Assembly (NCBI GenBank): GCA_964016885.1
Contig: OZ024740.1
Location: forward strand, 67,332,001-67,396,000
Length of the DNA: 64,000 nucleotides
Reading direction: 5' to 3'
Origin: Eledone cirrhosa
Taxonomy: Eukaryota
Notes under the pieces: generated by a model
Database searches by the model: none
The model's input: the letters and a program-made list of their open reading frames with translations, nothing else
What the model was told of the DNA's origin: nothing
Made by a program: the position numbers and the translations under genes
Part shown: positions 1-14,327 of the stretch, one piece after another
Layout: each line of letters begins with the position of its first letter
How positions within the stretch are numbered: position 1 is the first letter of the stretch

Positions 1-493
1 TAAGTGCTCAAACTGATTCATAAAATGAGGAAGTAAATTACCGCCAAAAAACAATACATGGGCATGACAATGAATTCTGAAAGGAATTCAGGCCACGTGC
101 TAAGAACTCAATTGGAAATTGAAAAAATATCTATGTGTGTACAGCATTTGATGACACAGATATTTTCTCGGGCAAAATAACAGAATGAGATATAAGGAAC
201 AATCAATATTCATATATAAAGAAATAAACAAAGAAATGCTAACCTCATACCGGGAATGTTTTCGAATCTGCTGCACCAAGAGTAAATAAATAAATACAAT
301 ATCGGAGAAAGCTTTTTAGCGATACTCCTATAATTCATCAGTGGGTGCCCCAATAATACTAATATTGATAATCTAACCAACATCAGTATTTAGCGATAAT
401 CATCATCCTCTGTGCCTGAGGTATCTGTCAGGTTGCCAGTCCAGCAGTTCTAAAGAAGTGCTCAAACTGATTCAAAAAATGAGGAAGTAAATT
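1..493. repeat. Direct repeat of ~40 bp (aagtgctcaaactgattca.aaaatgaggaagtaaatta) at 2-40 and ~457-493; probable ~455-bp tandem unit running off the window
   Basis: Near-identical sequence at both positions. Confidence 0.6.
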
Positions 494-494
494 A

Positions 495-660
495 TATATT
501 CTTATCGTTCTATTGAATGTTTTACTTTTCGTTTTATCTTCAGATGAAGGTCTAGTTTCTGAAACGATAAGAATCTTTTCTTACTATTTAGAGCGTTAAG
601 AAAATACATATTTTAATTGTACTGCAATGTTTGCTTGGGTGTTTCCTTTTACTGTTCGCA
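495..660 (+). mobile_element. Penelope-like pseudo-LTR fragment with a degenerate hammerhead (tctt CAGATGA...GAAA cga TA aga, ~537-572) and a fold-back 5' end
   Basis: Similar to 43262-43297(-), 44248-44345 and 57365-57460; attcttatcgtt (498-509) is the reverse complement of aacgataagaat (563-574). Confidence 0.55.
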
Positions 661-1235
661 TAAACACACATTTTTTTCTCCATAGAATATCAATGTCTTT
701 TACTATTCCCATAAACACACATATATATGAATATATTTTTGTTCATAGAATGTCTATGTCTGTGACAATGCATTGGGACTGGACTTTATTTGTCCCCACC
801 TACCATATCCAGAGAGTGAAATACTATTTATGTGTATGCACATTTTACAGAGCGCTCCCCTGAAGCAATTATCCTTTGTTGATGAGCACATTATTGCTTC
901 CCATTCCGTATATCTATTGACCAATCTACGACTAGCCCAACGTGCTAAGTGAATGTACTTCGCTGAACAGATAAAACCAAAGACCAAAACACGCCTATTG
1001 CTTTCATTTAGTTGACTTATAGAAAAGATTACTCACGCAGCCTTGTCTTAAGTTCTTCCAAAAGACATGAATCTGTAAATACTTTCCGAGTTTGATGCTT
1101 TGCTTAATCTCTCTCCCACTTAAATGTATTGGGCTTGAAATTTCAAGCATAGTCTCCGTTGATTGGTGTTTCATCTTTTCCCCATATTTCCCATATTCAG
1201 ATAGCGATTCCATCTGTGTATGTATACACGTTATA

Positions 1236-1560
<325 letters not shown>

Positions 1561-1596
1561 TTATATATATATATACAAACCGTTTATATATATATA

Positions 1597-1784
1597 AGAG
1601 AATAGTCAGGACCCCGACGGGTGAGCTCCGGCAGTTTCGACAGCTAGATCCGAATTCGGATCTAGCTGTCGAAATGGCCGGAGCTCAGCCGTCGGAGTCT
1701 TGACTCTTCTATTGCCCACTCTACTAGCCTAAGTATTGAGACCTCTCGTGCGTTATGGTCCACTTGGTTCCTTTCTACATTTTC

Positions 1785-1786
<2 letters not shown>
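1597..1786 (+). mobile_element. Second copy of the same family, starting with a ~110-bp near-perfect palindrome centred on gaattc (~1652-1657)
   Basis: ...tttcgacagctagatccgaattcggatctagctgtcgaaa... with flanking imperfect arms; shared 3' body. Confidence 0.65.
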
Positions 1787-1873
<87 letters not shown>

Positions 1874-2063
1874 TAAAAAAATAATGAATAAAACAATGAA
1901 ACAGTTCCTTATATTAAACAAAAAAAGTTCATTATTTAACGATCGTTTCTAGGACATATATGTGTTAGAATTGGCATAATTACATTGAGTTCTTCATACG
2001 GATTGGACACTACCGTAAACTCTTGGTAGATTTATCTACATATATATATATATATATATATAT

Positions 2064-2478
2064 GTAGGGGCTCCCAAAGGAGCACTGAGTGCAATGTCAA
2101 CTCTGGATGTCGGTGAGCATGTCCAGCCAACCTCAGTCTTCTCTGTGTCACTTTTGAGCTGACTTTTGGGATGCTCCCATACAGCTCTGCGTTTTTCATC
2201 CTCAGTGTATACTGATTAATGTTCAGAGCCATCCTCAGCATTCTCGTGTAGCACCCATCCACCATCTGAGTGAGTCTCTTGGTCAGTGTCCAAGTCTCAG
2301 ACCCATACAGCAGCACATACTCCACTACAGCAATGAAGAGGAAGACCAAGGTTAACATATGTTGATGCCCTAAGGACAGACACTGGTCTGTTGGAGATGC
2401 AGGATATGGCAGCGATAATGAGGGACAGAGACCGCTGGAGAGAACTCGTCCATGGATCTCGGGAATTTTACCCGCCTT

Positions 2479-2480
<2 letters not shown>
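2064..2480 (-). mobile_element. RTE-clade LINE fragment (region C-terminal to the RT)
   Basis: VLLYGSETWTLTK..DGCYTRMLRMALNI..RRLRLAGHAHRHPE..LLWEP; flanked by (TA)n. Confidence 0.85.
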
Positions 2481-2538
<58 letters not shown>

Positions 2539-2758
2539 ATACGCGCACTTGTCAATATGTCCGTGGAAATGCGTGTGTAAGGACAAGTATGGGTTTATAT
2601 GCTCTGATAACACACCTACGTATACGAACAAGTGCGCGTATGAGTGTTTGTACATGCTAAATGTTATACTCATTTTATCGATGTGTCTTTGTTAAAATGT
2701 TACATTCTGGACATAAACAAACTGTATGGACAAACACAATATCGCACACACACATGCG

Positions 2759-2997
<239 letters not shown>

Positions 2998-3000
<3 letters not shown>

Positions 3001-3235
3001 AATTGGTTCTACTTTTGGCACATGAGCAGCAATTACCCTAGTGCATTAATAGTGCTTTATTTTATAGACCCCGTAAGGATGAAAACTAAAGTTAACCTCA
3101 CCGGGATTTAAACTCATAGCCATCTACGTTCTGAGTTCAAATCACGCCGAGGCTAACTTCACCTTTCATCCTTACGGAGTCGATAAAATAAAGCACCAGT
3201 AAAGCACTGTGGAAATTACTGGCCTTGGGCCAAAA
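2998..3235. mobile_element. Two partial tRNA-derived SINE copies, head-to-head (2998-3120 minus, 3121-3235 plus)
   Basis: Family core ctgagttcaaatc..ccgaggttaactttgcctttcatccttacggggtcgataaaataaagtaccagt and its reverse complement. Confidence 0.85.
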
Positions 3236-4284
3236 AAGTATATAAAATATATGTATTTAATGATTTCTGTATAGTTACCGTCTACAAAAATTTACTCACT
3301 AAATTTAAATTGGTTAACTCGAGGCTATACAATATTTCACTTAAAGCGAAACCACGTTGATGCGAAGAGAACTTAATAGCCCAGCCATGTATGCGCCTAC
3401 ATATGCGCACACATGTACTAAAATGTTTAAATGAGGAAAAAAAAAATGAAAAAAAAAAATGAAATGAAAATATTGTTTAATCCTCAGCTACAGAGCCATT
3501 CCTAGCAATAGCTTATTAAAATCACAAAAACAAAACAAAAATGAAATCACAAATAATCTGCCCACGCTCCTTCACTTCTACCTACCATCTAACTTCAATT
3601 TCCAGAAAGAACAATAAAAGATGAATGAACGTGTGACTCTCTTCAATAAAAAATAATAAAAAAATGAAAAACAAAAATTAAAAAAAAAAGCCACTCAGCG
3701 CTAACGTCGCTCTTAACGCTTTGCTTGCTTTGCTTGTCCCCCTTGCAATTTGTTTTCATTGGATTGTTCTATTTCATGTGTATATATATTTGTTTTAATT
3801 TTTTATTTCGATTAAAAAATAAATACAATATTAATAAGAGTCTTTTTTAAGACGTTAGCGACATCAATTTTATTCATTAAATATTTCTTTTTTCAGCTCC
3901 ATTTTTTTTCTTTTGAAATGTAAAACATAAAAAAGTGATGGTTGGGGTCGGCTGTGGCAAAGTCGAAAACAGCAAAAATAATCAAACATATGTAAATTTT
4001 AAAACTAGCAAATACAGAGAAAAAGACAAAAGACTGATAGAATGAGGATGATGATGATGATGATGACGTTGATAGAGTGGTGGTTATGGTGGATTGGTGG
4101 TGTAGGGAGTTGAAATAATATTTATGATTTTCTTCTAGCATTACCATAAGCCAGATCTGTACAGAATCGTCAGAGCGTCGGACAGCCTGGCAGTAATTCT
4201 CCCGTGTTAATTCTTAGGTCAACATAGGCATTCATTTCTCTGGTATTGATAAAGTACAAATAAAATACTCGGGTCGATAGCCCC

Positions 4285-4680
4285 GCTCTCTCTCTCTCTC
4301 TCTGTCACTCACTCTCTCTCTCTTTCTGTCTCCCCCTCTCTCTCTCTCTCTTTCCCCCCCCCCACTCTCTCTCTATTTCTCTATTTCTCCCTCTCTCTAT
4401 CTTTCTTTTTCTCTCTCTATCTCTCTCTCTTACTTTCTTTCTCTCTCTCTTTTTCTCCCTTTCTCCCTCTCTCTTTTCTCTCTCTCTCTATATATATATA
4501 TGTTTCTCTCTTTCTCTCTCTCTCTTTATCACACACGTACACACAGTCTCTCATTCCTTCTTTCTTCCTTGTTTGTCTTTATCGTTCTCTCTCTCTCTCT
4601 CCCTCTCTCTGTCTTTTACATGCCCCCTTCCCTATCTCTCTCCCTCTTACTTCCTCTCACTTCCCCTTCTCTAGCTCTAC
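4285..4680. repeat. (CT)n-rich low-complexity tract
   Basis: Direct reading. Confidence 0.9.
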
Positions 4681-5059
4681 TTGAATTGCAACACCATGAG
4701 AGGGTCGTGAAAAAATACACACTGTAATTCCCCAACCCTTCTTCCAATAAATGGAGAAGGGGTGTGTTCAGACATAGTAATATATTTTTCATCTAGCATG
4801 CTTCGAAAACTTTAGTACGAAAATATACAGCTTGATGAGCTGTACAATAAGAAATATGAAAATGGGATTAATTCTACCTGGCGTTTGTTAATCTATGTAG
4901 CATTTAATAAGAATTACTTCTAACTTTAACACGAGGCCAGGAGTTTGTAGGGTGGAGTATGTCACTTAAATCAATTTCTGTATTTGACTAGTATTTTACT
5001 TTATCAAAGGGAAAATGACACGTGGCTTTTTTCCTAACGTTCTAATCAAGAGTTTTTCG

Positions 5060-5570
5060 AGCTACACAAATGTCGCTGAGGATCCACCGTAGACTCGTTC
5101 GGCCTCCACCCGCTGTCAGCTGCCTTCCATGCCATGCTGCTCTCAACGTGATCATAAAGCATGGCTTGGATGCTGCAGGCTTCCCCTCCCAGCTCCAGCC
5201 GATGGGGCTGCACCGAGGAGACGGAAAAAAGCAGATCGTCCCGTTCGACGGTGGTAAAACCCTCATGTGTGATGCCACATGCAACAACGCTTTCTTTATC
5301 GGCAACCTGGTGCTGTCTGCGACTAACCCACGCTCTACTGCACTTCAGAGCGAGGAGGGTAAACTCTCCAAAATATCGGTCGCTCTCCGACAGTTTTGCG
5401 GTCGAGCCCGTAGCAGTGGAGACTCCTGATGTCCTTGGCCCTAGGACCACCATCCTATTCATCACCATCGATATGGAACGGCTCTTTCAACGTGTCTCCA
5501 TCATCATCCGCCTGGGAAACCCCTTCTCTATTCTGTCCGCCAAGGCCGCGGAGCAGCCAACGTGTAGGCC
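5060..5570 (+). mobile_element. CRE-clade-like non-LTR retrotransposon 3' fragment (restriction-like endonuclease domain), frameshifted
   Basis: HAALNVIIKHGLDAAGFPSQLQPMGLHRGDGK..PFDGGKTLMCDATC; KYRSLSDSF..EPVAVET..VLGP..RLFQRVSIIIRLGNPFSIL matches the RLE pattern. Confidence 0.75.
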
Positions 5571-6536
5571 CTCATTTGCTTATAATAGTGAGAGATGGAG
5601 AGAGCGAGAGGGACGGAGGCAGTGACAATGGGAATTTGATTCTATTATGTTCAGTCCTTGTTAGGCGTCTTCCAGTTGTTTGAATAACATACAGACATTG
5701 CTGCAAACACTTCAAAGCCATTAGTGCATTGTAGAATAAAGGATTGATGGTTTCTAAACAGTTAAACTCTTTATTTTACAGACTTGCAGTTGTTTCAAGC
5801 TTATTAGTTGGCTGGAGAGTGGAGAATGAAAAATAAAAACAGTTAAATCATTGGTGCTCTCAACAATGTGTGGTCGATATGTTACATTAAGGTCGCCAAC
5901 TCAGCCACCGAGTATGAGTTACCAACAGTATGCAACCTCTTCTTCACTCCTACTTTGTTTTTAGGTATCTATATCGTATCAGGCAGATATAGCCTCTCGA
6001 CTTTTGCACTCACTACCCAGCAAAACATCAAATAGGTGACAGCTGGATAGAGAGAGAGAGTGGGGCAGCTGCACTTAGTACTTTGCTAAGTACTTTGTTT
6101 CATTCATTCCGGAAGGTCAAAATACAAAGTTGACCTCGGCCATATTTGAAATGAAAATGTAAATAAACATAACAAACAGTACAAGTTCAGTTTGTCTGAC
6201 GATCTGCCAATTCAACACTCTAGAATGGTAATTTATGTTAATAGACGCCAATTAATTTGAAATTAGAGGAAAGGAGATGAGAAAAGATACATCAAGATTT
6301 GGCTAGTGTATTCACTTTACAATGTTAACTAAAACTTGTCTTGTTTACAAATGCGTACCTACACGTATACTCGCATTATACACATATAAAAAGCAAATAT
6401 TCACAAGGCCCGCTACTTAAAAATAATGTCTTTAGGGAAACACAAATGCTAAACAGAAAATAGTTTAAATAAACGCAATTGATTTATTGTTGAACAGAAA
6501 TATACAATGATGAAAGTATTTTTAAAAAGGATTAGA

Positions 6537-7212
6537 ATAATTGTTTATACTTTTAGCACAAGGCCAGCAATTACCCAGTACATTACTGGTACTTTATTTT
6601 ATCGACCCCATAAGGATGAAAGGCAAAGTTAACTTCGACGGGATTTGAACACAGACCATAAAGGGACGTAACTATGCTAGAAAGCATGACGTCCAACCCT
6701 CTACCGATACTGCAAATTCACCGCCCTAAAAAGGATTAGAATAATGCAGATGAAAATGGAACAAAAATATAGGAAAGAATTAAATAATTGTTTCTACTTT
6801 AGGCACAAGGCCAGCAATTAACCAGTGCATTACTGGTACTTTATTTTATCGACCCCGTAAGGATGAAAGGCAAAGTCAACTTCGGCGGGATTTGAACTCA
6901 GATCGTAAAGGGACGTAACTATGCTAGAAAACATGGCGTCCGACCTTCTACGAATACTGCCAATCCACCGCCCTGGATGGAAATAATTAAATAATGGTTT
7001 ATTATATAGGCACAAGGCCAACAATTTTGGGGGAGGGGAAAGTCGATTAAATCGACGCCAGTGCGTGACTGGTACTTTATTTTATCAACCCCGTAAGGAT
7101 GAAAGGCAAAGTTAACCTCGGCGGGATTTGAACTCAGATCATAAAGGTCCGTAACTCCTTGCTGAAAAGCATGGCGTTCGACTCTCTACCAATACTGCCA
7201 ATCCACCGCCCT
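6537..7212 (-). mobile_element. Three tandem minus-strand SINE copies (~6537-6727, 6785-6973, 6990-7212)
   Basis: Repeated gcacaaggccagcaatta..actggtactttattttatcgacccc.taaggatgaaaggcaaagt..gggatttgaac..ccaccgccc. Confidence 0.9.
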
Positions 7213-7481
7213 AGGAAAGAATTAAATAATGAAAATGAAACAAACGGAGGAAGGGAGGGGTAGACTCTAAAATCCTGGCTAAGCGGTATATTTCGGCTGC
7301 GTCTTGTGGACAATGGAGTCAAGAACAGCCAGTGATACATGTTGCACTAGCAATTCTACTTCACATTGCCCCTTTCTCATTGCTCCCGATTTTGGAGTAA
7401 AATGGTTGTACGAGGAATGAGGATGCCGGGTGTCTAAACTCCAACAGGTATGAAAATAAAGCGGTAGAATCAATTCCAATC

Positions 7482-7810
7482 CAGCCGAAGTTAACTTTCC
7501 CTTTCATCCTTACGGGCTCGATAAAATAAAGCACCAGTAATGTACTGGGGTCGATTTAATCGATCACCCCCTACCCGAAAAAAATTACTGGCCTTGTGCT
7601 TATACTATAAATCATTATTAGAGGTGGATTGGCAGTATCGGTGGAGGGTCGGACGCCATGCTTTCCAGCATAGTTACGTCCCTTTACGATCTGAGTTCAA
7701 ATCCCGCCGAGGTTGACTTTGCCTTTCATCCTTATGAGGTCGACAAAATAAAGTACCGGTAATGCACTGGGTAATTGCTGGCCGTGTGCCTGAAGTAGAA
7801 ACAATTATTA
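7482..7810 (+). mobile_element. Two plus-strand SINE copies (partial 7482-7618; near full-length 7620-7810 with tRNA-like head, B-box gagttcaaatcc)
   Basis: Same family consensus. Confidence 0.9.
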
Positions 7811-8878
7811 GAATATATGGTATTCCTCTGTATTACAAGTGGTATTGCCCGGATTTGTGGGCGACACGAAAAGGATGGGACCGGAAAAAGTGTTGCAGCA
7901 TGTTAGATCTAGGATTAGTGATTTACAACTCACATCAGCGAATGAGAAATGGATTATTCCGTCAAGGCACTTATCGTCAGCACAATGAAGATCGGTAGGC
8001 TTCACTTTTGAGGGGAAACTGGCTTTTTAAACATGTAATAAACCACTTCCAATCAAATATCTACCAATGGAGTATCACGGAAAGAAAGGGTATCGAATGT
8101 GTATAAATGCTTAAAATACTGTGATCAAAGCTCTTGCCGCTGAATAACTTTCAATTTAACTTCTTTGTTAATAGGGAGTCTTCGCCAGCAGTCGGGTAGA
8201 TAGGCGTCACAAATAGATCGGTTAAAAACATGTGTACGGAAAAGGAAATATGCTCATAAAAAAAAAATGAATAATGGAAAAGATAATTGTCGGGAGTGTA
8301 GAAGTGATAATAACTCATAGCACTTGCTGCCCTAGTTAGATGTTGAGCACGAATTCCTGATTATCAATAAATAGAAATAAGGATCTATTCCACCTATTTA
8401 ATTTTATTCCATGAATTAAAAGAAGACGAAATAAATTCAATTTTCCTTGCAGTCGCCATTTATGTGCTTCTCGTATTTTGTAGTTACTGTTAAAAAGAAA
8501 ATGCTTTGTGTCTGATTGAAGGTTTGATATTTTATAACCTTTCCTTTTCTCTCGCAATTAATTGACCGCTATTTGAAGGGGTATGTTTCCATTGAAGTTG
8601 TTTTGCTGTCAAATTAAAAGACCACTACAAAGATTTGTAGTTCAAACGGAACGCTCTACTAAGCAATCCGATATGAACATTAACAAGAAAAAAGGAATAT
8701 TCAAACTATTTCGTGTCCCTTAAATGTTACAAGAAGCCATAGCAACAGCATCCCAAAAATGTGCCAACCAACAATAATACCAGTGATAGTGGCATAAAAA
8801 AGAAAAACAACTATACTACAACAAAACAAATCAAACACTGTGGAAAAACAACACACATCCTCGTTCTCCCTCTCTCTG

Positions 8879-8929
<51 letters not shown>

Positions 8930-9904
8930 AAAATAAAGAAGAAAAATCATCTATAAACATTTAGTTCAGAAATGTTTGACGAATTACTAATAGAGTGACA
9001 AAACCTAAGTAAAAACGTCCTTTGATCCTAAAGCGTTTGGTGAACACAATTTAAATTACTTTTTATCAAGATTTTAAGAAACAAAAAATATTAAATCTTT
9101 GAAATCTTTGAACGATTCAACTGAAATAGGAAATTAGATACACATTAATACCGAAATATCACGTTGGCTTCTATTGTTAAAAAAATGCCATTAAAACCGT
9201 GACCTATTTTCTAATATGTGCCTAGGCTAATCTCTTTTATTTTATTTTTGTTTGTCTTTTATTTAATACATTGATGTTTAACTTTAATCACGGGAATCAC
9301 GTTTGCTTAAAGCAATGTAAACTATTTTAAACTATATATTATTAAATGTTTTCTGAACAAAATATAATATCAATTTTATACATTGCATTTTTGTTTTCTT
9401 TTCATCATATCAGCGTCTTTTAAATGCACGAACTTATTAAGTCAGAAAAATTAATTGTTTCTGTTGTGAGTGAAAAATAATAATTAACCATTAAATCATA
9501 TTATCTTTTACACTCTGTGTTCAAATTCTTATTTCGTAATGATAAATCCTTCTCATGTTAATAAATTATAATACCAGCCTAATACTGTAGTTTGTTTAAT
9601 CAATATCACGCTCCCTTTTTCCAAAGTTGTGACGGTGTGCCTATGTTAGAAATAAACATTATTGTTGATGTTTAGTCCATAACCAGCAGAACTATAACAA
9701 AACATTTCTGAATACTTTTGAATGATTATGGGTTCGAATCAACATCCTTTTTAAATGATAAATTAAACACATATCCTCTCCGGATGGATATGAAGGTCTC
9801 TTTTTTATTTTGATATACTTTAATCTATAGCGTTTTACACACTCTGGGATGTCCCAAATAATTTCCAGTTGTTTTGATGAGCATATTTGGACAGTAGAAA
9901 CAGA

Positions 9905-10192
9905 GTTATCATATTTTGATGGGCTTATGAGTTCAATTCCAACCGAAGATAATTTTTTCGATAAAATAAAACACAAGTAATGTAATTTAATTGATTGTCT
10001 CCACCACGAAAATTGTTGGCTTTGTGCCTAAATCAGTAAGCATTATTTGATGCATAGTTACGGCCCTTTATGGTCTGAGTTCAAATCCCACCGAGGTTAA
10101 CTTTGCCTTTCATCCTTACGGGGTCGATAAAATAAAGTACCAGTAAGGCACTGGTTAATTGCTGGCCTTGTGCCAAAAGTAGAAACAATTAT
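9905..10192 (+). mobile_element. Two SINE copies (degenerate 9905-10045; 10052-10192)
   Basis: ctgagttcaaatcccaccgaggttaactttgcctttcatccttacggggtcgataaaataaagtaccagt. Confidence 0.85.
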
Positions 10193-11676
10193 GATAGGCT
10201 TAGATTCTGTGTCCTAGATAATAGATTTCTTGCATTATATATATGCTGAATCGAATGCATTTTTAACTGTTTCTTCCATACAGAGATTTCTTGCTCCAGC
10301 ACACGTGTTATCAACAACATGGACAAATAATAAAGGCAGATTATCAAAACCAATTAATCAACAAGGAAATCAATACTAAATAATCACCAAAATAGCAGAT
10401 GTCGCTAATATCTGTTGATTAATAGGTGCAATCCTAATTTTTATAGTCAAATGACCACAAGTGTTCGTTTTTATTGTATTCTGTTTAAATTTGATTGTTT
10501 TATCCTTTTTGTATTATAATAGGATTATTTTGCTTATTATCTCAGTCGGCATTTTAGGGCAGAACATTAGTGATGCGAAACAATATTTATTTATTACTGT
10601 TTAATTCGGTGGAAGAGGAGGTAAAGTACCGTGTCCCTAGCTCTTTAAAGGGCCTCGTCAGCAAATGGGAATGACAAATAAAAATAAACTCCGACAGAAG
10701 GTCCATCACAAATGCTTGCAAAAGTGTAGATTCTGCTCTACGCTGTCAGAAGTCAGGTTATCTTAACTATAATAAAGAAAGGATTTCGGACTGCATCCAG
10801 AATATAATTTTTTTTTATCCCGTTTGTAAAATAAGTTGAATTAATTTGAATAAATAATGAATTAAAATTATATAATTTATCTGCAAAATTTCGTAGCTTT
10901 TGATTAAATATATTTTATTGCTTATTTAAAGATTCACTTCTTTAACATTTTCAAATGTCAACACTTCCGGTTAACGATCGCTTAAATAAACATTCATATA
11001 TTTCCGTCACTAATTTTCTCCTAATGTAGTTTATATATAATATCGTCTTTTGTTTAATGTATCATGGATTACGTTACTGGTTACATAAGACAATGTAATC
11101 CAGTCTTCGTTCAATGTCTGTGTATATTGTCAATTAGGATGTTATTTGATGTATCATATCTACTTGCATATATACTTGCGTATAATATCAATATGCACAC
11201 TACACATGCGAGCAGAAAACCACTCGAAAGGTAGTTTTTCTGCTAGTGGTATTAAACTAGGGCTACCGCATAATTGATTTTAGAACATTACGAAAAGAAT
11301 AACAGTACAAATAGCACAATCCCGTCTTTTGTCGTAACATTTCCGCCAATTACTCACACTGAACACTTACTTTATTTTTGGGGGGCCCCTAATAGAATGA
11401 AGCGCAAATATGACTTCGGCAAGGCTTTCAACTCAGAATGCGGAGATCTGGAACATACGGCAAAATGTTTTGCCCAACGCTCTAACGACCCTGGCTATTG
11501 AATCTTAGTGAACGTATTCTGTTTTTTTACTGCCAACACTTCCATTCATCTCTCTCTCTCTTAAAGCGTGGACATATCCGAGACCCCCAGTAGACAACTG
11601 ATGAGGAAAACACCACCCCACCCCCGTTCTTGCTTTCTTATTCTCACTCCATTTTAAGCTATATATATATATATAG

Positions 11677-11710
<34 letters not shown>

Positions 11711-11734
11711 CTTTCACGCAAACATACACTCACA

Positions 11735-11832
<98 letters not shown>

Positions 11833-12106
11833 CATAAATTATGTCCTTAGAATTATTAGATAAAATATATACAATTTCCTCTCCCGATTAGCATAATTAA
11901 CGATACAAAAATTCAATTAGGCCAGGCTATAAGAAATATTAGATAATTAACCGAAAGCAGCCTCTTCGCGGTTGACCACAATAGAGTATTTACCCAACAT
12001 TTCAACAACATGTAGAAACTGACCAAATATACTGTCAACCATACACAGGTACATACATTAGGTATAAATTTAAAGATAGAAGAAACGTGTACATACCGTA
12101 ATTAAA

Positions 12107-12181
12107 TCCCTACCATGGTTTCGTTCGTATTTTGAGATATCCTATTAAGGATAAATCTAGAGTATCGAACTCATCAGGAGA
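12107..12181 (-). ncRNA. Type-I hammerhead ribozyme with a canonical core and long stem II
   Basis: Minus strand: tctc CTGATGA gttcg-(hairpin ..tatcct taat aggata..)-cgaac GAAA ccatgg TA ggga; lies in a ~390-bp insert between (TA)n tracts. Confidence 0.85.
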
Positions 12182-12220
12182 CAAACTCAATAGGACAGTT
12201 AATTTTCAAAAGCGATCCCG

Positions 12221-12284
<64 letters not shown>

Positions 12285-13051
12285 TCTAGTGATCTGTAAA
12301 TGCAACTCTGAATCACCCAATTCTTTAGAATTCTTGTCAAATCTTTTGAATTCGGTTAGCCAAACAAATGCTTTCATACCATCCCGCATTCTTTCTTGTG
12401 GGTCACGCTGGATTAATCTGTGATTTATATGTGTGTGTGGATGGTAAGAATCGATCTTCAAAAATATTACTCTCAGATCTTCTGATGTCATTTCGCCTAT
12501 GTAATAGTACAAACACGTATAAAGTGCATACATTTGTCGAGAAATTTCTCACCCTTGAATTATTGTGTAACTGCTCCTTATGAAAATTCTTAAATTTTAT
12601 ATTTATAGAGCTGACTTTAGTTTTAAATAGTGTGATTATCTCTAACAATTTGATTAACCTATAATTTTTCCAGAGAATATGATTAATAATTTTAAGCTTT
12701 AATCAATATTTTAATATATGTTTTAATATATATATCCGAGCTTATTTCCAAACTTTGAAGGAACTTACTGTTTTAAGTTACGTATATTTTATGGTCCGAT
12801 AAAATTATGTCCCAATATTAAGAAAACATTTCAGCTCACTAATGCACCCTGCATTATAATGCTGACCTTATATCAGTCAAGATAAAGCAATAATCAGCAA
12901 TCTTAACTAAATTAACAAAACAAACTGACTTACACATATGTTACCTGACTATCTGTCTCTTCCGCTACGTTCTCTCATCCCATGATAGCAGGGATCTTAA
13001 AAGATCATAAAATGTTCCTTTATTCGTTTACCACCTTTTATATATATATAT

Positions 13052-13084
<33 letters not shown>

Positions 13085-13110
13085 TAGATAATAAATGAAA
13101 GTGGAGGAGA

Positions 13111-13144
13111 TTTCAACGTTTCGGACAGAAGTCCTCCTTGGGAT
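13111..13144 (-). ncRNA. Degenerate minimal hammerhead
   Basis: CCAAGGA ggac-ttct-gtcc GAAA cgt TG; core mutated. Confidence 0.5.
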
Positions 13145-13806
13145 GTTATATCATTATAGTCGTTAATGTCAACATTTGCAGGGTCGATAAAATAAATTAC
13201 CTGTCAAGTATTGTAGTCGATTTAATTGATATCTCGTATACGTGTGTCTATAGTAAGCTTCCTATTCCATTTGATACATAACACTGTTTCAAAACGTGTT
13301 CCGAGTGGATATTACTTCGAAAGGGTTTCACACGGAAAATCAAAAGCATATATGCAACTTCTGTGTTATATATATGATACATTATATATGTAAATAATTA
13401 TGTGTGTGTGTGAGTGTGGGTGAGCGTGCGAGAGAAAGAGAGAGGGTGTGTATGTGTGTATGTGTGTATGTGCGGATAATACTGAATATGTTTTAAACTT
13501 AGATTGCATGATGATGTATGTGTGTGTTTGTTGGCGACCAGATGTCTGTCGAGTTGAAGTGCTTCAGAGGACAAAACCCCTAAATCTATAGAAACCAAAA
13601 AAGTGAAAACAGATGTTAAAGTTGTTAATTTTGAATGACATTTGCATCATAATCGCCCTGCAGTTAAAATTTCTAACAAGGATTGCTTCCCGCTGTGACA
13701 GTGAGTGTGAGAAGTACTCGCAAAGACATATGGTTAAATGCTTAATATATAGCAAATTGTTCGGGCTATTTAGAAATATCTTCTGAAGACAGAAATATAT
13801 AGCTCA

Positions 13807-13951
<145 letters not shown>

Positions 13952-14182
13952 CACATATACATATATATATAGAGAGAGAGAGAGAAAGAGAGAGAGCGAG
14001 AGAGATAAACATATATATATATATATATGCATGTATGTTATTCGTTTCTTCAAAATACCAACACATACATAATATTAGGTCATCATTGAGAGGTAAGAGA
14101 ATACGGAATATTTTCCTTACTTATAATCGCAGACACACATAATTTAAATGTTTGAGGATATACTTATCAAATGAAGTATAAT

Positions 14183-14327
14183 AAAGGCCCAGATATTATA
14201 CTTTCCCCTTCACGGGGCAAGTCTAAGGGCTTATATCCCTTACACAACAAGAAATATTTAACAACATCATTTTAACAGGCAAATAAAGCGACTTACTTTG
14301 AGCGACCAAAATACGTCCGCTTAGACC
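14183..14327 (-). mobile_element. 5' end (5' UTR) of a Tx1 family-B element; the remainder is missing
   Basis: About 6 mismatches over ~145 bp versus 27971-28116. Confidence 0.85.

Noticed and set aside
7810-8000. Possible host exon (open frames ending at cg|gtaggc)
   Set aside because: No clear acceptor, no recognisable protein similarity, and the listed ORF starts inside a SINE
10262-10380. Possible terminal exon after tttcttccatacag (RFLAPAHVLSTTWTNNKGRL..)
   Set aside because: Acceptor-like signal only; cannot be supported without RNA-seq or homology
13777-13803. CTGAAGA-ca-GAAA-tata-TA hammerhead-like string
   Set aside because: No stem II and no stem I pairing; could be chance
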